Positions 10,259-20,859 of a DNA stretch of 64,000 nucleotides are shown here, in pieces. The DNA lies in assembly GCA_964360785.1 (NCBI GenBank), contig CAYHXX010000002.1, forward strand, positions 92,107 to 156,106, written 5' to 3'. Position 1 is the first letter of the stretch. The number at the start of each line of letters is the position of its first letter. Source of the DNA: an uncultured Gammaproteobacteria bacterium (GTDB lineage: Bacteria; Patescibacteriota; Microgenomatia; Woykebacterales; RBG-16-39-9b). Both the position numbers and the translations under genes were made by a program. The notes below the pieces were generated by a model, which saw nothing but the letters and a program-made list of their open reading frames with translations, did not search any database and was not told the origin of the DNA.

Positions 10259-11629
10259 ATGGACAAAAAAGATCTCTGGAAATCTGTTCTAACAGAACTA
10301 CAACTCTCTATTTCAGCGGCCAATTTCCAAACCTGGTTTAAGGGTAAGACGGAAGTTGTCGAAATGAACGAGACTTTGGTTGTAATTGGCTGCTCAACTA
10401 CTTATGTTAAAGACTGGCTCGAACAGCGTTATCTCGGTCAGCTCAAAGCGATCCTAGATCGCCTAACAGAGGAAAACAACTCCCTTACATTTGTAGTCTC
10501 CTCTTCCTTGAAGGAAGAGCCCGCCAAGGTTGTAAAAAAGGAAGCGGAGGCAACTGATACTTTATTTGGGAGTGCAGATTTTGATCGGCTTTCAGAAAAA
10601 ATTTCCAGGGCCAATCTGAACCCAGGCTATAAATTCGAGAATTTCATTGTTGGGGGAAGTAACCAACTCGCCTTTGCCGTCTGCCAGGCAATTGCAGAAA
10701 ACCCAAGTAATTCTTACAATCCTTTTTTTGTTTATGGAGGAGTCGGGCTTGGGAAAACTCATTTGATACAGGCAGTAGGCCATGAAATAATTCGACGTTC
10801 ATCGGGTTCAAAAGTCTACTACTCCTCTTCAGAGACATTTACCAATAATCTGATGGAAGCAATCCAGCAGCGTAAAACTAAAGAGCTACGCGAAAAATTT
10901 CGTAGTGTTGATGTCTTGATTATTGATGATATTCAGTTTATTGCTGGGAGAGAAAGTACCCAGGAGGAGTTTTTTCACACCTTCAATGATTTGTTTGGTA
11001 AGGGTAAGCAAATAATCTTGAGTAGCGACCGAGAGCCCTCACAAATCGCAAAGCTCGAGGATCGGTTGCGAAGCAGGTTTAGTGGCGGCATGATAGCTGA
11101 TATTCAGCCACCAGATGCGGATATGCGCCAGGCAATTCTAATATCAAAAATACGCAGGCAAAACCTAGAGATCCCCGAGGAGGTTGTTAGATACCTCGCC
11201 AACTCGATCTCAACTAATGTTCGTGATTTGGAAGGTTCGCTCTTGCGGCTTGTTACTCAGGCAAGGGTCAACAACTCAGAGCTCTCCCTGGAGCTTGCAA
11301 AAAGTTTTATTGACCAACGAAGAGGGCGCAACCTTGCTGCTAAGGTCGCTCCAAAAGAGGTTATTGACACTGTTTGTAACTACTTTAACCTGCGCCAAAC
11401 AGACCTAAGAGGCACCAGCCGCGTTGCTAAGGTAGTATTGCCGAGACAAATTACCATGTACTTGTTGCGTACGGACCTGGGTATACAATACGAAAACATT
11501 GCTCGGGAGTTGGGGGGTAGAGACCATTCAACGGTTATGCACGGTGTGGAAAAGATAGAGACAAATGTGGAAAAGTCGGACAAAATTCGCGGATTAGTTG
11601 CGGATATCAGAGCAAAACTCTACAGCTAA
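10259..11629 (+). CDS. dnaA: chromosomal replication initiator DnaA
   Basis: AAA+ Walker A GVGLGKTHL, DnaA C-terminal HTH. Confidence 0.95.
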   Translation: MDKKDLWKSVLTELQLSISAANFQTWFKGKTEVVEMNETLVVIGCSTTYVKDWLEQRYLGQLKAILDRLTEENNSLTFVVSSSLKEEPAKVVKKEAEATDTLFGSADFDRLSEKISRANLNPGYKFENFIVGGSNQLAFAVCQAIAENPSNSYNPFFVYGGVGLGKTHLIQAVGHEIIRRSSGSKVYYSSSETFTNNLMEAIQQRKTKELREKFRSVDVLIIDDIQFIAGRESTQEEFFHTFNDLFGKGKQIILSSDREPSQIAKLEDRLRSRFSGGMIADIQPPDADMRQAILISKIRRQNLEIPEEVVRYLANSISTNVRDLEGSLLRLVTQARVNNSELSLELAKSFIDQRRGRNLAAKVAPKEVIDTVCNYFNLRQTDLRGTSRVAKVVLPRQITMYLLRTDLGIQYENIARELGGRDHSTVMHGVEKIETNVEKSDKIRGLVADIRAKLYS

Positions 11630-11795
11630 CGGGTTTATCCACAACTTATCCACCGAGTTATCCGCACTTGGAGTCGGTGTTTGTTCGCAACAACTAACCC
11701 GAAACCTCAAGCGCAAAACCTTGGTTTTGTCCACTTGTCCACAAGGACTAATACTACTACTTTATCTTTTAATTAATATTTACTAGTATGAAGCT
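11630..11795. promoter_or_regulatory. oriC-like region: five DnaA boxes followed by an AT-rich unwinding element
   Basis: TTATCCACA 11635-43, TTATCCACC 11646-54, TTATCCGCA 11658-66, TTGTCCACT and TTGTCCACA 11727-43, then an AT-rich stretch up to the dnaN start. Confidence 0.6.
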
Positions 11796-11797
11796 CT

Positions 11798-12898
11798 ATG
11801 CATTCTAAAACCACCACAGAAACATTTAGACAAGCCCTAAATATATGCAACCGTTTTATTCCTTTAAGACCGAGCTTGCCGGTACTAGCTAATATAAAAA
11901 TTGAAAGCCAAAAAACAAAGCTAATCTTAACGGCAACCAACCTGGAAAACTCCATAATAGTTGAAACTCCGAGCAGCGGGGAGTTATGGGAGACAACAGT
12001 TCCGGCAAAGCTGCTAGTTGAGTTTTTGAACTTAGTAAAAAGTAGTGAAACCAAGATTGACTTTTCCAAAGAAAAACTAGACCTAAATTGCAACGACGCG
12101 CAAGGAAGTTTCAACACTATTGCTTCTAGCGAATTTCCTAAAATAAGCAGCGAGAAAAAAGAGGGCATAAACATTGCACAGAGGGACCTGCAGACAGCAG
12201 TCCAAAATATTGTGTTTGCGGCCTCGGCCGATGAGGGTAAACCAGTATTAAACGGGGTGTTGCTGCGCACGCAGAGCAGTAAAACAATTCTGGTAGCCAC
12301 AGACAGTTATCGACTGGCAAAATACCAGCTCAAGGAAGACTATAATCTAGCAGACACAATTGTTCCAGCACGCGCTCTGAGTGAAGCAATAAAAATAGCT
12401 GGAGAGCTAGGGGAAGAAACAGTTACCCTGAGTGTTTCGCCAGAAAACAACCAACTCTTTGTTTCCGGAGAAAGTTTCCAGATAGCCACGCGACTGATAG
12501 ATGGAGTTTACCCTGCTTTTGACCAGATAATACCAACTAGTTTTGTTTGTGAAGTTACTGTGGCCAAGGATGCTTTTGTACCTGCAGTGAAACAAGCCGC
12601 CGTGTTTGCGCGAGATACGGGGAATGTAGTCAAGCTATTTATTACCAAGAAAACCGGGGTAAAAATTTGGGCAAGTACAAAGCAGGTAGGTGAGGGGACA
12701 ACCAACGTTCCCGCTGAGGTTTCCGGAGAAGATATTGAAGCGGCTTTCAACTCGCACTTTTTACTAGAGGGCCTGGAGGCAATTAACGGGAAGGAAGTAA
12801 AACTTAAATTGTCAGGAAGTTTAAAGCCAGCGCTTATTGTCGGCGAGGCCGATAAGAGTTTTGATTATATTGTTATGCCTGTCAAACCACAAAACTAG
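11798..12898 (+). CDS. dnaN: DNA polymerase III beta sliding clamp
   Basis: 366 aa, position after dnaA, three-domain clamp layout. Confidence 0.9.
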   Translation: MHSKTTTETFRQALNICNRFIPLRPSLPVLANIKIESQKTKLILTATNLENSIIVETPSSGELWETTVPAKLLVEFLNLVKSSETKIDFSKEKLDLNCNDAQGSFNTIASSEFPKISSEKKEGINIAQRDLQTAVQNIVFAASADEGKPVLNGVLLRTQSSKTILVATDSYRLAKYQLKEDYNLADTIVPARALSEAIKIAGELGEETVTLSVSPENNQLFVSGESFQIATRLIDGVYPAFDQIIPTSFVCEVTVAKDAFVPAVKQAAVFARDTGNVVKLFITKKTGVKIWASTKQVGEGTTNVPAEVSGEDIEAAFNSHFLLEGLEAINGKEVKLKLSGSLKPALIVGEADKSFDYIVMPVKPQN

Positions 12899-12901
12899 AA
12901 G

Positions 12902-14002
12902 ATGTTTTTGGAAGAACTCCGAGTTTTGAATTTTCGCAACCTAACCCAACAAAAAATTTCCTTTAGTGAGGGTATCAATGTTTTTTACGGGGACAATGCC
13001 CAGGGCAAGACAAACTTTCTTGAGGCAATCTATTTACTTTCAACCAGCAAATCCTTTCGTACCAGAGCCGATCATGAACTGATTACTTGGGGTCAAGAAA
13101 GCTCCAAGGTGGTCGGTAAGGCATCTTTCCTGGAAATCGAGCTCCTCATAACACAGAACAAAAAAAGCTTGTTGGTTAATAAGCAGGAAAAGAGGCTGAC
13201 TGATTTGATTGGTTCTTTTCTCACCGTCCTCTTTACCCCAGCGGATATAGAGATTGTCAGTGGTTCTCCCGATAAGCGGCGTCGCTTTCTAGATCAGCTT
13301 GGCTGTTCTCTTAGTCGTGATTATCTGGTAAACCTCGTCAAGATTAGCCGAGTACTTAGATCCAGAAACCAGCTTTTGTGGGAGCTTAAGCAGGGTAGAA
13401 ACGTCGATCTGTCGGTTTGGGATCTGCAGTTAGCAAAACTTGCCAGTCTTATTTGGAGGTTTAGGTTTGAATTAATGCTAGCTTTACAAGAAAGTTTGCA
13501 AAAGCTTTCAAAAAAACTCACCGGAGGGGAACTGAAAATTATTTATGTGACCCAGGCTAAAGGGGAGAGCGACAAAAAAATAGAGGAAAACTTTTTGGAG
13601 GAACTACAGCTACTGCGAAACGAGGAGATACAAAAAAGCCAAACCCAGATCGGCCCACAAAGAGATGACTTCAAGATTTTATTGGAGGTAGAGGAGGGCG
13701 CAAAAGTAGTGAGTAAGGATTTGAATACTTACGGCTCTCGAGGAGAGCAGCGCGCGGCTAGTTTAGCTTTAAAGCTTTCAGAAATCGAGATTATCGAACA
13801 TGAAAAAAATACTCGACCCACTCTACTGCTGGATGATGTTTTGGGGGAGCTTGACCAAAACCACCAAAAATTGCTTTTAGCACAGCTGAAGAAGGGCCAA
13901 TCTTTTTTGACAACAACAAGCATTGAAAGCTTTGGCCAAAACCTAATCGGAAAGTTTAAAAAGCTCAAAGTAGAGAAGGGTATAGTTACTATTGCTGATT
14001 AG
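12902..14002 (+). CDS. recF: DNA replication and repair protein RecF
   Basis: Walker A GDNAQGKTN, dnaA-dnaN-recF synteny. Confidence 0.9.
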   Translation: MFLEELRVLNFRNLTQQKISFSEGINVFYGDNAQGKTNFLEAIYLLSTSKSFRTRADHELITWGQESSKVVGKASFLEIELLITQNKKSLLVNKQEKRLTDLIGSFLTVLFTPADIEIVSGSPDKRRRFLDQLGCSLSRDYLVNLVKISRVLRSRNQLLWELKQGRNVDLSVWDLQLAKLASLIWRFRFELMLALQESLQKLSKKLTGGELKIIYVTQAKGESDKKIEENFLEELQLLRNEEIQKSQTQIGPQRDDFKILLEVEEGAKVVSKDLNTYGSRGEQRAASLALKLSEIEIIEHEKNTRPTLLLDDVLGELDQNHQKLLLAQLKKGQSFLTTTSIESFGQNLIGKFKKLKVEKGIVTIAD

Positions 14003-15848
14003 TTTCTGGGGCAGTTGGTGGCTGCGCTTGTTCCTGTTTTGAATCCTGCTCCATCTGATTGAGCTCTTGTGGGTTGGAGGTAATCAGCAGGTGTTCGTGA
14101 GGAGCCGCCTGGACTCTGATAGCAACATGGTTATTACCAGCAAAGAATAGGCCTTCGCCGACATCGGCTGACAGTAACAAGTTGCGCTCTCCTTCTGAAA
14201 GATAGAACGTCTCGACAACCTGTTCGATTGAAGCAGAGGACTGCTTTAGCAATATTTGAATTGAAGAGTTGGTTACGATTGCTTTCCCAAAATCGGTTGC
14301 GAGGAAGTCCTCAACATCCTGAGTGACCGTGGTCAAACCCAGATAATATTTACGCGCTCTTTTTGCGATTGAGTAAATGAAGGAAGCGCTGTCCGGGTGT
14401 TTCATCATATACCAAGCCTCATCCACAAGTAGAAGTCTGCGTTTTCTTTCCTTTTTTACCCTCGTCCAGATGTAGTCAAGGATGATAAACATTCCGATTG
14501 GTCGCAATTCATCCTCCAGATCGCGAATGGAGAAAACAGTAAAGGTGTTTTTAATATCAATTGTCGAGGCCTGATCAAATATTCCTGAAAGTGAGCCTTT
14601 GATAAATTTCTCGATTCTCTCAGCCATGGATTTGGCTTCGGGCTCGGCACTGTTGAGCAGAACCTCGTACAGATCTTCCAAAACCGGAGGAGTCCTTGTT
14701 TGTGTATTTGGGTCTGGAGTGATCCCTTTGAGTTTGTAGGTTGTGATTAAGGCACGGTCCAAAATTGCATCTTCAGTTGGAGTCATGTTACCAAGAATTA
14801 TTCGGAAAAGGGAGTGCAGAGAAAGAATTTTTAGGCCCAATTCATTTTCCCCCTCAGTGTAAACCCCAGAAAGATCAAAAGGATTGATTTTCGAAGCCTG
14901 GTTTCCCGAAAATCGAATATACTCACCACCAATAGCTTCACACAAGGTTTGGTACTCGTTCTCTGGGTCGATGACTATCACCTCAGTTCCTAACATCAAG
15001 CTGCGCATCGCCTCTAACTTGGTCATGTAACTTTTACCCGCCCCGCTTTTGGCAAAGATGACACTGTTAGCATTCTCTAGACTGAAGCGATCAAAAATAA
15101 CCAAGGAACCATTGTGCTCGTTTATTCCATACAAAATTCCTTCGTTGGCGGTAAGTTCCGAGGAAGTAAATGGAAAAGTAGTTGCTAGGGAAGTCGTATC
15201 CATATTTCTGGTTACCAAGAGCTTATCAGTGAAAGTCGGAAGTGTGGTCTGAAAGCCCATCTCTTGCTGTAAGGTTGCGTGTTTTGACACGATCAGCAGG
15301 GAACCTAGTGTGGATTCGATCTGTTTAGTTATTGAGTTGAGTTCCTCCAGAGTTTCTGCTGGGATTGTGATGTAGAAAGAAAACTGGAAAAAGCGTTCAA
15401 TGCCAGCAACAAGTTGTTCTTGTAGTGATTGGGCATCTTCGAGCGCGATTCGGACAGCCGGGTCAATGACGTGACCTTTTTCAAAATCTCCTTGAACCGT
15501 AGCCTGCATCTCAGCGATCTTACGACGCAAGTCATCCAGAATACCCTTAGCCTCGACAGGATAGTAATAGAAGGCGATATCAAGTGTATGATCAAAATTG
15601 ATAATAGGTGCCAGCCAGTTTGCTCCAACAAAACGTGGGTAGCCGGAAATAAACAACGTTCGATAAAAGGTTTCTCCAACACGAACATGATCAAAATCCA
15701 CTTGCAGTGCTGGGGGTGCGATAATATCTTTGACGTCGACCATACCCCGGCCTAAGGTATTGCGTACCTTTTCTCTGGTTTGAGCTAGTTCAAGCTCTTC
15801 TTGAGTTGCTTTCTTATCTTTTTTCTTACCACCAAATAAAGACATCAT
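13989..15848 (-). CDS. VirB4/TrbE-like conjugation/T4SS ATPase
   Basis: Walker A FAKSGAGKSY, Walker B LLLVDEAWYMM, VirB4-like N-terminal region; last gene of a four-gene coupled operon. Confidence 0.7.
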   Translation of the reverse strand: MMSLFGGKKKDKKATQEELELAQTREKVRNTLGRGMVDVKDIIAPPALQVDFDHVRVGETFYRTLFISGYPRFVGANWLAPIINFDHTLDIAFYYYPVEAKGILDDLRRKIAEMQATVQGDFEKGHVIDPAVRIALEDAQSLQEQLVAGIERFFQFSFYITIPAETLEELNSITKQIESTLGSLLIVSKHATLQQEMGFQTTLPTFTDKLLVTRNMDTTSLATTFPFTSSELTANEGILYGINEHNGSLVIFDRFSLENANSVIFAKSGAGKSYMTKLEAMRSLMLGTEVIVIDPENEYQTLCEAIGGEYIRFSGNQASKINPFDLSGVYTEGENELGLKILSLHSLFRIILGNMTPTEDAILDRALITTYKLKGITPDPNTQTRTPPVLEDLYEVLLNSAEPEAKSMAERIEKFIKGSLSGIFDQASTIDIKNTFTVFSIRDLEDELRPIGMFIILDYIWTRVKKERKRRLLLVDEAWYMMKHPDSASFIYSIAKRARKYYLGLTTVTQDVEDFLATDFGKAIVTNSSIQILLKQSSASIEQVVETFYLSEGERNLLLSADVGEGLFFAGNNHVAIRVQAAPHEHLLITSNPQELNQMEQDSKQEQAQPPTAPETNQQ

Positions 15849-16573
15849 TTACTTTCTCCTTCCGTTGGGACCTGCACTGGAGGCTCACCCATGGTTGGCT
15901 GTAGTGCTGGTTCAACTATTGGTGTCGTGTACTCAGTAGTATTTAGGGCTGCCTTTTGCTCGAGCGAGACGTCAGGGTTGTATAGATCATAGAAAAACTC
16001 CACCAGTTCTTCAGTGGTGAGTTCGTGCGCTTTGACCCCAATACGGGAAACTTGTTTAACCAGATGGTCAACCTTTGGACCGAGATTTACCTTTGCTTTT
16101 TCCAAAATGTGCCACCTGTCTTCAACCGGAGCTTTTTTTGCAAAAAGACTTGGGATCGTTAGAGCCTGAGACAGTGTTGTGCCGGCGTAGGGAATGACAA
16201 TATAAAAACGTTTATCAAGAACTTGGTTTCGTGAAACTAGCTCCTTTATGAAATTTGAGTAGAGATTTATTTGGTAAGCGAGCTGTTGGTTAGTAGCTTT
16301 TTGCTCAGCCTCAGAGAGAAGTTTCAGATAATTTGAAATATCCATTCTCTTGGAGCGGACTATGACTTGAATTGGATAGGTCAAAGAGTTGAGTAAGGCT
16401 GCATAAGCAAAAATCATCGAGTCTTGCTCGCGCTCAGAAAGAAGGTCAAAATTTACGGCGGTTGTTTGTAGGATGGAAACAGCGTTACCGTTGCGAAGAA
16501 TGACGATATTATCGCGAATATCGTCGATGTCTAAGTGTTGCTGGGTAGATGCAATTGGTTTTTTGGCAGCCAT
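15845..16573 (-). CDS. hypothetical T4SS-associated protein (242 aa)
   Basis: Stop overlaps the ATPase start (ATGA coupling); no TM helix; no family recognised. Confidence 0.5.
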   Translation of the reverse strand: MAAKKPIASTQQHLDIDDIRDNIVILRNGNAVSILQTTAVNFDLLSEREQDSMIFAYAALLNSLTYPIQVIVRSKRMDISNYLKLLSEAEQKATNQQLAYQINLYSNFIKELVSRNQVLDKRFYIVIPYAGTTLSQALTIPSLFAKKAPVEDRWHILEKAKVNLGPKVDHLVKQVSRIGVKAHELTTEELVEFFYDLYNPDVSLEQKAALNTTEYTTPIVEPALQPTMGEPPVQVPTEGESK

Positions 16574-16601
16574 AATTTTTAAGTTACTCCTTGGTCTTCT
16601 C

Positions 16602-19466
16602 CTACCTTGCCTTTATTTCAATGGGTGGCAGTATTCCTCCATTAACTTCGACTTCTATAATATCAAAATCAAAGCCCGGTTTTTCAAGTTCCAGTGTATA
16701 AACACCGTTTGGTAGCGGTGTCGACACTGCAAACTGTCCAATCTTATTAGTTTTAAAGGCCCTGACCGGATCACCTTCTTGATCTTTAACTATAATGACT
16801 ACTGTGTCCATGAGCAAACCTTGGATGTTTTTAACTATTCCGTTGATGACATTAGGTACTGTCGGGGTGTTTGGTAGCATTTTTCCGTATGCGGGTACAG
16901 CCTTGACTACTGGACGAGAACGTTCCTCAAGTTTGCGAGCCTCCCTTTGGCGTTCGAGACCCTTTATTTCGGCGATTATTTTTGCCTTTTCCTCTGGGGA
17001 GCGCTCTTTCTTTTCCTGTACTTTCAGAGCCTCGACCTGAGTGTTTGTTGGGTTGCTACCTGTTTTAGGAGGTTGCCCGGACTTTACGGCTGCAGGTTTT
17101 TCGCCCATTTTCGCGAGCATAGTTTGCAATTCAGAATTTATTCTTCGCCGCTGTGCTACTGCTTTAATTTCGTCAAATTGTCTAGAAACTTCACTTTGAC
17201 GCCCAAGTGCCTCCAGGTTTTGCAGCATCTGAGATCTTTCCTCTTTTGAAAGAGCTTCCAAGGATTTGTTACCCGCTGTTGTGAGGCTATTTTTAAGTTT
17301 AATCAAATCCTCTTTCAAGGACTCTTGTGTTATAGCCTCGGTTTTTTCTGGGGCTTGGTTTTTACTTTGTGCTAGTTCCTTTTGCTTTTCCTCTTCAGTC
17401 CTCTTTTTTTGTTGCAGCTCTTCTTTGGCAGTGCGAATTGCCTCTTTCGCAGCCTCCTCTTTCGCAGCAGTCTCAAGTATTTGCTTTTCAATGTCGCCTT
17501 GAAGGGACATTGTCGCTCCAGTTGCAATTGTTGGTAGGTTCCCGGTTGGGTTACCGGTTGTTTGTACTGGAATTGCTTGAATATTTATTTGTGCTGTTGG
17601 GTTACCAGGTAGTACTCTGGGTTGCCCAACAGAAATATTAGCTGGAACTTCAATTGTTGCAGCGCTGTCGTTGGCGGGTGCGGAGGTTGCTACTGCTTTA
17701 ATATTGGCCTGACCAGGAGCACTACTTTGTTGCAATGAATCCACGGAAACGTTTGTTGGGATGGATGTCGTACCAGACTGTGCTGCTGTTAGTTGGTTTA
17801 CTGTTTGTGGAGCCTGCTTCTTCAAAGCTTCCGAGACTATTTTTTCGATTTCCTGAGTTGAAGTCGACGACTGTCCCATTTGTTTTTCAACAGCAGCATT
17901 AATTAGGGTTTGTACTCGGTCGTTATCCAGGTTTTGTACTTCTTTTACCGTCTCTCTTTCAATGACCTTTGGTTGCAGTTCCTGCGTCTTCTCCAAGATT
18001 GCTTTCTCAACTGCTGCTTGTACTTGCTCCGGCTGAGCCTCTTCCTTGCGTACAATTTCCTTAATTTCCGGAGGTTGGGTGACTGTGGATTGAATTACTG
18101 CCGCGTTTGAACCTACCGTGTCTGCGGGCAAATTGATCTTAATTCCTGCTGGTTCCTGAGCCTTAATTAAGTTTATCGGACTGGAAATTTGACGAGTCGG
18201 AAGAGCATCTATATTGCCAGTATCAACCCCAACTATCTTTATTGTCTCAGGTTGCTTTTCTATAACAGGTCTTGGTTTTTCCAGACCCTCAAGTTTAAAG
18301 CTGATTTCCCTAGGTTTACGATGCATTCGCTCATGTTTCTCACGATGGCCTTCGATATTTTCAACTTTGTCTGTGAGCCAGTCAGTTTTTTGCTTGAGAT
18401 ATTTCAAAGCAATAGAGTGGCTGTTGACCAAGTTGGTCAAAGTATATTTCCAATCTGAGACTGCTTGCATCATCTTTTCGTCATAGGCTAGCTTTTGTTC
18501 CAGGGCGGAAAGCTCTTCAAAACTACGCTCCTTTTCCAAATTGGAAATAGTTGTGTCGATATGAAGCACTTCCTTGGTCAGAGTTTCAATTTCCCTCTCC
18601 AGATTTTCAATATGGGACTGAAGATTAGCAGTCGGCTCTGAAATTTCCTTCGGTTTGCTAGTTCCCACAACTAGCCTCTTTGGGAGCTCAGGTTTATGAG
18701 GCTGGACAAGAGTTTGCTGAGGCTGGTTTATTTGCGAGACTCCAGCAGGTCTTGTAGCCACAGTCTGTGGGGTTTGAATGTTTACTGGCGGTTGAGAAAT
18801 TGGTTTTTGCAATGTTGGTGCAGCCGTGTTTTGGTTAGAGACCCTTGGAGTTTTAAATACCATTGTCTTAGCCTCATTTGAGGCTTTAGTATTAGGCTGA
18901 GTTTGCTGGTTAGCGATTTCAAGCGAGATTTTTTGCCTAAGTTGCTCAAAAAGGACCTTATTGATGCCTTCCAATTGCTTTTTCAAGTCTTCACTCCTGG
19001 CTTTGGCCTGCTCGGTTGTTAAGGTTGGGGCTGGTGCTGTCTTTGGTTGGGAGGGTTCCGGTGCTCTTTGGATGGAAGATTGAGCTGGTGGTGCCACTAG
19101 AGTCTGTTTTTGATAAACAGTTCCTTGATTCACCTTGGCTTTGATCTGTTCATGTAGGTTCGAAGCGAGCTCTATCAGGCCCGCACCTTTGATAGAAACC
19201 TGGCCATCCTTGTTAACAACGGTTGGGGATACGGATCTCTGGCTGGTATTCTTCACCGCGCGTACATAGGTGTCGCCGCTGGCAACGCTGATTGTTGCTA
19301 CAGGGGCAAAACCAACCTCGCCGGCAAGTTTTGGCTGGCTTGTTTTAGGAGTACTGACGCTGCGAGGGTTTTCTCCAGGCAGAAAACGATGCTGCACAAC
19401 TGGTTCAGGAGTAGGTGTATTTATCTTATTTCTTAATGTCGCGTTCACGGCTACTTGGGAATTCAT
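16602..19466 (-). CDS. large Pro/Gln-rich coiled-coil protein with C-terminal carboxypeptidase-regulatory-like beta domain (954 aa)
   Basis: Low-complexity and coiled-coil regions; C-terminal ...QFAVSTPLPNGVYTLELEKPGFDFD... beta-sandwich; translationally coupled to the prgI-like gene. Confidence 0.6.
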   Translation of the reverse strand: MNSQVAVNATLRNKINTPTPEPVVQHRFLPGENPRSVSTPKTSQPKLAGEVGFAPVATISVASGDTYVRAVKNTSQRSVSPTVVNKDGQVSIKGAGLIELASNLHEQIKAKVNQGTVYQKQTLVAPPAQSSIQRAPEPSQPKTAPAPTLTTEQAKARSEDLKKQLEGINKVLFEQLRQKISLEIANQQTQPNTKASNEAKTMVFKTPRVSNQNTAAPTLQKPISQPPVNIQTPQTVATRPAGVSQINQPQQTLVQPHKPELPKRLVVGTSKPKEISEPTANLQSHIENLEREIETLTKEVLHIDTTISNLEKERSFEELSALEQKLAYDEKMMQAVSDWKYTLTNLVNSHSIALKYLKQKTDWLTDKVENIEGHREKHERMHRKPREISFKLEGLEKPRPVIEKQPETIKIVGVDTGNIDALPTRQISSPINLIKAQEPAGIKINLPADTVGSNAAVIQSTVTQPPEIKEIVRKEEAQPEQVQAAVEKAILEKTQELQPKVIERETVKEVQNLDNDRVQTLINAAVEKQMGQSSTSTQEIEKIVSEALKKQAPQTVNQLTAAQSGTTSIPTNVSVDSLQQSSAPGQANIKAVATSAPANDSAATIEVPANISVGQPRVLPGNPTAQINIQAIPVQTTGNPTGNLPTIATGATMSLQGDIEKQILETAAKEEAAKEAIRTAKEELQQKKRTEEEKQKELAQSKNQAPEKTEAITQESLKEDLIKLKNSLTTAGNKSLEALSKEERSQMLQNLEALGRQSEVSRQFDEIKAVAQRRRINSELQTMLAKMGEKPAAVKSGQPPKTGSNPTNTQVEALKVQEKKERSPEEKAKIIAEIKGLERQREARKLEERSRPVVKAVPAYGKMLPNTPTVPNVINGIVKNIQGLLMDTVVIIVKDQEGDPVRAFKTNKIGQFAVSTPLPNGVYTLELEKPGFDFDIIEVEVNGGILPPIEIKAR

Positions 19467-20086
19467 TGCGAACCCTCCTCGGAGGAGCGCTCTTTAGTTT
19501 TTTCGATAACCTCGCTCATACGTTGAAAGCCAATTCCACTATCTGGAGTCAGAGTGGCCACTTTTGGAGAAAGGCTTGGGCTGGTAAATACTTGCCTATC
19601 CTTTTCGAAAGGTGACAAGTTTAGTTGCTCTAACCGACGTTCTTCGTTGATATCAACTAAGCTTTTTGATTTAATCTTGCGATGGCTTTGGAGATAGAGG
19701 TTTAGTTTTGTTGGGTCGGAGACTATCCTTGGTTCGACAGCTTCCGATTGTCTGTGCAGGTACATCGAAAATTGTGGCTCCAAAAAACCGATTTCTTTAG
19801 GTTCGCGGTGCCAAACCCGCACGTTCGGGGAGTAAACTGTATGAAAAAAAGCCGCGATCCAGCGTTCAAAAGGCATATTATTGAGACTAACAAAGGCCAA
19901 AGCCACTGCAAACGCAGCCACGGGGATTCCAACCAAGAGAACGACGAAAAAAGGAAGTTTGGCCGAGTAGATAATGAAGATAAAGATGGCCGCCGCAGCT
20001 AGATAGCCAAATTGGCGGATAGTTAGGAAACCAATGAGCTTGAATTCAAACCCAGTGATATTTTGTGGAACAGGGTGGCTTTGCAT
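19463..20086 (-). CDS. PrgI/TcpE-like (VirB3 analogue) two-TM conjugation membrane protein
   Basis: FEFKLIGFLTIRQFGYL motif and two TM helices typical of the PrgI/TcpE family. Confidence 0.5.
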   Translation of the reverse strand: MQSHPVPQNITGFEFKLIGFLTIRQFGYLAAAAIFIFIIYSAKLPFFVVLLVGIPVAAFAVALAFVSLNNMPFERWIAAFFHTVYSPNVRVWHREPKEIGFLEPQFSMYLHRQSEAVEPRIVSDPTKLNLYLQSHRKIKSKSLVDINEERRLEQLNLSPFEKDRQVFTSPSLSPKVATLTPDSGIGFQRMSEVIEKTKERSSEEGSQ

Positions 20087-20302
20087 ATGTTACTTGGAAA
20101 ACAGACAAAACACGCACGAAGTGCGCTTTTAGCTAAAAATTAGGTCAATTTTCCTTTTGTCCCTCTTTGACTCTCTTTTGTGGCTATTATTATGCCTAAA
20201 TAAACTTGCAATTACAACCCGTAACAAACCGTATCAGTTAGCCGTAATCAGTAATCAGTAATCAGGTAGTAGTAACCTGTAGAGGAGTGTTAAAATAATG
20301 TT

Positions 20303-20467
20303 GTGATAAAGTATACAAAACATGCTTTGACTAGGTTGGAGGAACGTAACATTGCAAAGGAGAATGTAGAAGAATTACTAGACAAACCTGATTATATATT
20401 GAAATCAAAGCTAAAGACAAATTATACGAAGACGTGTAATCGACTACAATTATATGTGGACATATAA
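20303..20467 (+). CDS. DUF4258-like small protein (putative toxin partner of the DUF2283 protein), GTG start
   Basis: 54 aa, ...HALTRLEERNIAKENVEELL..., ends 13 nt before the DUF2283 gene. Confidence 0.4.
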   Translation: MIKYTKHALTRLEERNIAKENVEELLDKPDYILKSKLKTNYTKTCNRLQLYVDI

Positions 20468-20479
20468 CTGACTACAATT

Positions 20480-20692
20480 ATGAAACTAGAATACGATAAA
20501 AAAGCAGATTCGGCCTATATATACTTAGGTAAAAGTAAGTTTACGGTTGAAGAAACAAAAGAACTTTCAGATGAAGTTTTTGTTGATTATGACAAGGATG
20601 GCAAACCTTTAGGTATAGAAATTATTGGTTTTAAGGATAAAGTCCCCTCGAAAACGCTAAAGCGCTTACAATCACAAACTATCACCAGTTAA
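20480..20692 (+). CDS. DUF2283 family protein
   Basis: MKLEYDKKADSAYIYLGK... signature. Confidence 0.6.
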   Translation: MKLEYDKKADSAYIYLGKSKFTVEETKELSDEVFVDYDKDGKPLGIEIIGFKDKVPSKTLKRLQSQTITS

Positions 20693-20859
20693 GAATTACC
20701 CAACTAAAATATTATAGGATTGACATTAGCTTCATTTTGTGCTAAACTGCAGCAAATTAATATACAGGAGTATTTGTGAACGTATTTAAACTAATCAAGA
20801 AGAAGACCTCAGAAGGACCGCCAAGGTAATTGGCGGTGCCCAAGCGTAAGCTTGAGCAA

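Noticed and set aside
20244-20265. (GTAATCA)x3 microsatellite upstream of the DUF4258-like gene
   Set aside because: Too short to support contingency-locus or regulatory claims; noted only.
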